Shown in pieces: positions 15,963 to 20,000 of a DNA stretch of 20,000 bases. The DNA is from an uncultured virus (IMG/VR IMGVR_UViG_3300045256_000415) (lineage: Duplodnaviria > Heunggongvirae > Uroviricota > Caudoviricetes), in IMG/VR virus record IMGVR_UViG_3300045256_000415. One strand, written 5' to 3'. Both the position numbers and the translations under genes were made by a program. Under the pieces are notes generated by a model. That model worked only from the letters and a program-made list of their open reading frames with translations. It did no database searches and was not told the origin of the DNA. Numbering within the stretch: the stretch's first letter is position 1; the number at the start of each line of letters is the position of its first letter.

Positions 15963-16170
15963 GTTTCCTACCTAGTGTGATGTTGGGCTGAATCCGGACC
16001 TCGCTATTACGAAATGACCAGCATTCACCACTGTCGTCGATGAACACCACCCAGATCAGATCGAACTCAGGCCCATAATCAATGACCAGATGAGCCCAGC
16101 CATTTCCTTTTGGGGTGGTTAACGGTATTGGTGGGTTTAGCTGTAGCATAGTGAATGGTGGGTAGGTCAT
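15919..16170 (-). CDS. Small conserved phage protein
   Basis: MLQLNPPIP..TPKG.G.AH.VIDYG.E.DL.WV....GE.W...N..VR...NIT.GR is a pattern I recognise from small phage hypotheticals. Confidence 0.7.
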   Translation of the reverse strand: MTYPPFTMLQLNPPIPLTTPKGNGWAHLVIDYGPEFDLIWVVFIDDSGECWSFRNSEVRIQPNITLGRKPMPRNSPAPSSPPQ

Positions 16171-16179
16171 GGTTCAACA

Positions 16180-16317
16180 TCACTTCTTGTTGCGGAAGTA
16201 ATCGAAGAACTCCTTGAGGTTGGTCATGCCGACCGTGTGGCAGTCCTCGCAGATGAACCCGTCAAAGGTTTGCTGGGCCCCCTTGGAATCAGGGGCACAA
16301 CCAGCGAACTTTTTGGG
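16180..16317 (-). pseudogene. Start-less coding fragment with CxxC
   Basis: PKKFAGCAPDSKGAQQTFDGFICEDCHTVGMTNLKEFFDYFRNKK*, strongly C/G-ending codons, in frame behind the TAG of the upstream gene. Confidence 0.4.
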
Positions 16318-16533
16318 CTAGCGTCCGCCCCATAAACAAATTTTGGCGAGCACTATACCCAAGAGAATTCCGAGTGCAAACCACCACCCACTCCCGACTT
16401 GCGTTCCCACCCACGCTCTCTTGACCGCTTCCGGGTCATCGACACAAGTGTCGCAGAATTTGGCTCCGTGCTTCTTGTTGGGCTCGTTCCACTGATATTC
16501 GCAACCGCAACCAGCACATTTCCAAGGAGTCAT
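16318..16533 (-). CDS. Small zinc-finger protein with C-terminal transmembrane helix
   Basis: CAGC...CDTC plus hydrophobic WWFALGILLGIVLAKICLW. Confidence 0.6.
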   Translation of the reverse strand: MTPWKCAGCGCEYQWNEPNKKHGAKFCDTCVDDPEAVKRAWVGTQVGSGWWFALGILLGIVLAKICLWGGR

Positions 16534-16536
16534 AGG

Positions 16537-16743
16537 TCAACCCGGAATGATGATTGGCGACCCCTTGTGAAATTCCCAGAAGCCACCGGTGGGACCGCCT
16601 TGCTTGAACTCTATGTAGCCCTCTTCACCTTTGCGGACGGGGTTGGACATTCCCAGCAACACGAATGCCTCGCTACCCTCGCACTGTTCCACACAGATGG
16701 CGAGTGGGTGCCACTTCTCGACACCAGCCCCCTCCACCTTCAC
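16537..16743 (-). CDS. Small hypothetical protein
   Basis: Only the 3' part of the 204-aa ORF is free of overlap with the next gene; GTG start at 16743 is tentative. Confidence 0.45.
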   Translation of the reverse strand: MKVEGAGVEKWHPLAICVEQCEGSEAFVLLGMSNPVRKGEEGYIEFKQGGPTGGFWEFHKGSPIIIPG

Positions 16744-16864
16744 TGGTTTGCGGGTGCCGTAGGGCCAAATACGAGTAAGTGCATTACACCATAAGAGGAT
16801 AGAATTTGTAGGCGTTGGCACCGCAATACCAGGATTTCGTAGACCGCCTCGGCTTGTGCCTTGG

Positions 16865-17170
16865 TCATATGACGTACTCCGCTCCATCGTCCTCCGGCAG
16901 CGGCTGCATGTACTCCGGCAGATAATCAGCGAATGGGTCTTTGTCCCAAACCTTGATGAATGGCGGGTCCTCATCGTCGATACCGAGTTCGCATACCCGG
17001 TAAGACTTACCTTTGAAGCTGGCAAACTTCCAGTCTTCGGAGACGAAGAGGACTCTCTCTCGCAGATGCTCGTCCATCCAGTCGCCGTCAATTCGCGATT
17101 CCTCGATCCAAAAGTACCGGATGTTGAGGACGCGATCACCGCCACCGTCACGGACTTGGTAGATGTTCAT
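16865..17170 (-). CDS. Hypothetical acidic protein
   Basis: 101-aa ATG ORF with gene-like codon usage. Confidence 0.65.
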   Translation of the reverse strand: MNIYQVRDGGGDRVLNIRYFWIEESRIDGDWMDEHLRERVLFVSEDWKFASFKGKSYRVCELGIDDEDPPFIKVWDKDPFADYLPEYMQPLPEDDGAEYVI

Positions 17171-17340
17171 GTCAGGCTCGCAGGGCGGCGACTACCTGTT
17201 CAAAACAGTCTGGTTGAGCCAACGGCAGTCTGGCAACTACTTCGGCATGGCCGCGGTCCATTGTCCGGACTGGATCAACAGTCAGTATCTTCTATACAAA
17301 AATAGCCCCAGCGTGGGTGGTAGCCCAGCCAGGATCACTC

Positions 17341-17907
17341 TTACCATTGAGCTTGACATAGAGTTTTCCGGAAGCCGACGGGACTGGGGTGAGTGGGTGA
17401 AACGTGAGCTGACGGAATGCTCGCCTTCAAATTTTCGCGTGTTACGGGACTGTCGCAGTGGGGGCAGTACGTTCCATAAGGCTGGCGGTGCTTGCAGTAC
17501 AAGGATAGGACAGTCACACCGGCAGGGTGGTATACGGCGACTGGGCGGAAGAAGACGTCGCGGTAGTTTGCCCGCCACACGAGCTTATAGCCGCTCAGGA
17601 GCATTGCGGCCGTCGCCTCGTCCGCGGAGAGGTAGCCCGTCTCTTCCTCGATGATGTGCTTGAGCTCGTAGGCCGAACACTTGCCGCCGATATCGTAACC
17701 CCAGAGCCAGACCATTGCTTTCGCCACCGCCGAGAGTCGGACTGGTCGGTCGGCGTCCACCTTCCATGCGACCAGCCGCTTGATTCTGGCGTCGAGCAGC
17801 AGGGCGATCTTGGCTAGCTTAAGGATGTGCTCGCTGCAGCTGGGGTGTTGGGCGATGTTCCAGATGTGGTCGAGCTTGTTGAGGTCGTCCAGGGTGGCTG
17901 GTGTCAT
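17341..17907 (-). CDS. Hypothetical phage protein with SxYxLKH motif
   Basis: SAYELKHIIEEETGYLS....AAMLLSGY resembles the SSYGLKH...Y..N...IAA...GF motif of phage hypotheticals; GAGGA RBS. Confidence 0.65.
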   Translation of the reverse strand: MTPATLDDLNKLDHIWNIAQHPSCSEHILKLAKIALLLDARIKRLVAWKVDADRPVRLSAVAKAMVWLWGYDIGGKCSAYELKHIIEEETGYLSADEATAAMLLSGYKLVWRANYRDVFFRPVAVYHPAGVTVLSLYCKHRQPYGTYCPHCDSPVTRENLKASIPSAHVSPTHPSPVGFRKTLCQAQW

Positions 17908-17934
17908 CGGGTCCTCAGAGCGATAGAATCACGA

Positions 17935-18407
17935 ATCGCCGTCCTGGCCCGTATGGTTAAAACGCTCCGAGTAAGTCCCTGGGCCGCACCCACTTCAACG
18001 CTGCACCCCATGGGTGACCAAACCCAGGGGGTGCAGCCGGAGCCAGAGAACCGATGCACCAAAGTGCTTTGGAGGCGTAGCCAGGAACTACGCCGTGATC
18101 TGGTTACAACACTTTGGGGATGTTTTCTCGTACAGTAGCAGTGTTCCGTCAGTTGTTTATCGTCCACCACTCGCGGCCCTTCGCTTTTCAGACTAGGCAC
18201 CGTCCCGTCCGGGGACTCAATACCATCCGCGAGACCCAAGACCCCACCCATCGGAAAATAGGCTGCGACGTAGCATCGCAGGGGACTTAGGAACCAGGGG
18301 TGGATCGGCGTCGGAGCCGGGTAGTACACTAAACTCCCTTGGCGACCGTCCCGACGTTGCGGCTCGCAGGTTTTAGATTACACGACCGCCTCCTGTTAGA
18401 ACGTCAG
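17935..18407 (-). ncRNA. Candidate large structured non-coding RNA, family unassigned
   Basis: At least nine complementary stem pairs, nested and long-range, with non-Watson-Crick positions reading as G-U on the minus strand; no credible ORF. Ends are approximate. Confidence 0.7.
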
Positions 18408-18520
18408 TGCCGGGAGGGGGAATCGAACCCCCATGCTTTTTGGCGGCAGGGTTTCTTATTGGTCCCGTTCCGGCGAGTAGGCTGGCGATCACCGATCCAG
18501 CGGAGTCGTTTTATCTCGGC
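18408..18520 (-). tRNA. tRNA-like element: 3' half resembles a class II (Leu-like) tRNA, 5' half non-canonical
   Basis: GGGGG-TTCGATT-CCCCC T arm, TCCCGGC-A acceptor strand and a long variable-arm-like segment. The acceptor can pair with GCCGAGA (18520-18514, one mismatch), but there is no normal D arm or anticodon stem. Confidence 0.5.
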
Positions 18521-18542
18521 AGCAGGTTGAGCGTTTTTCATC

Positions 18543-18584
18543 GAACCCTCCACCGCATATCTTCTTAAATACGGTGGAGGGTTC
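18543..18584 (-). other. Perfect 13-bp hairpin at the HNH stop codon
   Basis: GAACCCTCCACCG / CGGTGGAGGGTTC; extends inward via a G-U pair on the minus strand; no U-tract follows on either strand. Confidence 0.7.
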
Positions 18585-19200
18585 AATGTTGCTTCTGGAG
18601 TTCTACCTGCCAGTACATCTCGCTGATGATGGCGTCAATGTCCGGAAGGACCTTCCCCCATACCGGCTTGATGACTCGCGTACGGAACATCGGGCTCCAC
18701 CTGGGCTTCACCGGCTTCCTGATGAGGACCATGCCGACCTGCTTCGGAGTGCGACCGCCCTTACGGACGTTGCAATCGACGCAGGCGATCACGCAATTTT
18801 CCCAGGAGCTAGGACCACCCTGGCACTGCGGAATCACGTGGTCCACCGTGCAGTTGCTCGAACTCATCCGCTTGCCGCAGTATTGGCAAGTGTTGTTGTC
18901 GCGAGCGAACAGGTTACGACGGTTGAACATCAGGCTACGGGAGTGGACCTTCTCGTAATAGTTCAAAACGATGATATCGGGGACCTTGAACTTACCCCTG
19001 ACAGTCGTGACGAATTCCTCGCCATCGTCAACCTGGAGTTCACTCCACTTCGCCCAGGAATACGTCTGAAAGTCGTGCGGGTCGAGAATCTTGGCGTTCT
19101 CGGAGCAGACCTTGGTGATGGCGTCACGCACCGGCTCGACGTCGATAGCGGTCCAGTTCTTGTTGAGAACCAAAGTCGGCTGATCGAGTACAGCAGGCAT
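18583..19200 (-). CDS. HNH endonuclease (McrA-like, 'TLVLNxxW' subfamily)
   Basis: PTLVLNKNW...VPDIIVL..Y...FNRRNLFARDNNTCQYCG...TVDHVIP...GG.SSWENCVIAC..CN.RKGGRTP..VGM.L...P..P. Confidence 0.92.
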   Translation of the reverse strand: MPAVLDQPTLVLNKNWTAIDVEPVRDAITKVCSENAKILDPHDFQTYSWAKWSELQVDDGEEFVTTVRGKFKVPDIIVLNYYEKVHSRSLMFNRRNLFARDNNTCQYCGKRMSSSNCTVDHVIPQCQGGPSSWENCVIACVDCNVRKGGRTPKQVGMVLIRKPVKPRWSPMFRTRVIKPVWGKVLPDIDAIISEMYWQVELQKQH

Positions 19201-19272
19201 GATTCACCACTCTTTCAGGAGCCCATGGTCTGTATGGGTAGTCCTCCTTATTTTCTTGGTTGACCGGTTAAA

Positions 19273-19845
19273 TTATGCGGCGGATTTCACCATTTTCACG
19301 TACGCCTTGGCGGGAGTGGTATCCACCGTTTCACCACGCTCGCTCAGCATCAACCTCATGTACCAGTCGGGCACGTTACCAGTCCGCCACTTAGCGAACC
19401 TGGACTTATACCTGACATAATACAGGCGGTAGGCGATCACCGGGTCCTGGTGGTAGCAGTCGTCGGCTACCGCCTGACGGAAAGGCGTCAGACCCGCTTG
19501 TCGAATTGGCGGGAGGTTTACGGCGAGCCAGTTCATCAGTGACTGGCAGTTGTGTACCTTACCGTACCGATCTGTGTACTCTTCGCAGAGTGTCAGGCCG
19601 TGCCGGGCTGTCCACTCGTAGTTGCCGGTCGTCTCACGTACCCAGATGGAGACGTGGTTGTTCTTGTGCGTCTTGGCGTTCCACAGTTCCGTCTCCACTC
19701 CGCCGATGCTGGCGTGGGTGGTGCCGTGGATGATGTGAGCGAGGCTCATCATCTGCACAGCTTCCAGGATGATCTTGTTGACGTGCTTGTCACAGTTCAT
19801 CCTGGCGGATATTACTGGATCGCGATCTAGAACGAACAGATTCAT
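19273..19845 (-). CDS. Pyrimidine-dimer DNA glycosylase / endonuclease V-like protein
   Basis: MNLFVLDRDP..SA...CDKHVNKIILEAVQMMS.AH...THKN....WVRET..NY.W...EYT.RYGKVH...DPVIAYR.YY...K.RFAKW motifs; GGAGG RBS. Confidence 0.85.
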   Translation of the reverse strand: MNLFVLDRDPVISARMNCDKHVNKIILEAVQMMSLAHIIHGTTHASIGGVETELWNAKTHKNNHVSIWVRETTGNYEWTARHGLTLCEEYTDRYGKVHNCQSLMNWLAVNLPPIRQAGLTPFRQAVADDCYHQDPVIAYRLYYVRYKSRFAKWRTGNVPDWYMRLMLSERGETVDTTPAKAYVKMVKSAA

Positions 19846-19914
19846 AGTGCCTCCGGTTTCTTAACACAGCTTTTTTGTTAGTGATAAAGGTCGCGTTTGG
19901 AAAGACGGTGTGCA

Positions 19915-19944
19915 AATTTACGATAAGACCCTTTTCGTCGTCAA
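19915..19944 (-). promoter_or_regulatory. Possible sigma70-type promoter
   Basis: Minus strand TTGACG, 18-nt spacer, TAAATT, in an AT-rich intergenic region upstream of the glycosylase-HNH-RNA run. Confidence 0.4.
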
Positions 19945-20000
19945 TGAAGAAGTCAAGAAAATCGCCCAAACTCTCATGGATTAAATGGCCACACGTGCTC

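Noticed and set aside
3150..18573. Recurring GTATTT upstream of several genes (about 3150, 5294, 16768, 18567) as a phage promoter
   Set aside because: The hexamer also occurs inside genes and one copy is explained as a terminator tail; too few instances to support from this window.
17935..18584. tmRNA (one- or two-piece), RNase P RNA, group I/II intron or cobalamin riboswitch
   Set aside because: The acceptor ends CCCGGCA with no Ala G3-U70 identity. I found no GAGGAAAGUCC/ACAGAA, no group II domain V, no convincing group I P7 pair and no interrupted host gene. GAGCCAGAGAACC on the plus strand lacks the rest of a B12 element.
17827..18586. ORFs 17904-18329, 17827-18138, 18014-18196, 18339-18530 and 18404-18586
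   Set aside because: No motifs or gene-like composition; they overlie dense RNA stems and the tRNA-like element.
6879..19263. Long plus-strand ORFs antisense to recognised genes (e.g. 6879-7484, 8294-9028, 18574-19263)
   Set aside because: Typical GC-rich shadow ORFs opposite well-supported genes.
1..20000. CRISPR array or tandem repeat array
   Set aside because: I saw no regularly spaced direct repeats and no cas genes.
1..20000. Genome-wide stop-codon reassignment (TAG or TGA)
   Set aside because: Long conserved genes are intact under the standard code, and several end at TAG or TGA where expected.

Overview
This GC-rich, gene-dense window looks like part of a large (jumbo/huge) bacteriophage genome. 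This is an inference from the many short hypothetical ORFs, frequent strand switches, typical phage accessory genes, tRNA-like elements and lack of bacterial housekeeping operons. Recognisable genes: partial GT2 glycosyltransferase, RarA/MgsA AAA+ ATPase, PLD-like protein, AbrB-like protein, two HNH nucleases, NADAR, a PRTase-like protein, a four-gene sugar operon (glycosyltransferase, cupin, DegT aminotransferase, SAM methyltransferase), DHH phosphoesterase, DUF5662, a degenerate phage metallopeptidase and a pyrimidine-dimer glycosylase. Highlights: (1) a ~470-nt, probably non-coding, minus-strand region (17935-18407) with many nested stems and a predicted pseudoknot, lying downstream of an HNH gene, a perfect hairpin and a half-tRNA-like element, which I cannot assign to a known RNA family; (2) an acyl carrier protein gene split by a 108-bp inversion whose reversal restores a 79-aa ACP; (3) several genes reduced to N+C termini or fragments by apparent deletions; (4) an atypical tRNA-Ile(UAU). 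All family calls come from motif recognition by eye; no searches or folding programs were run.
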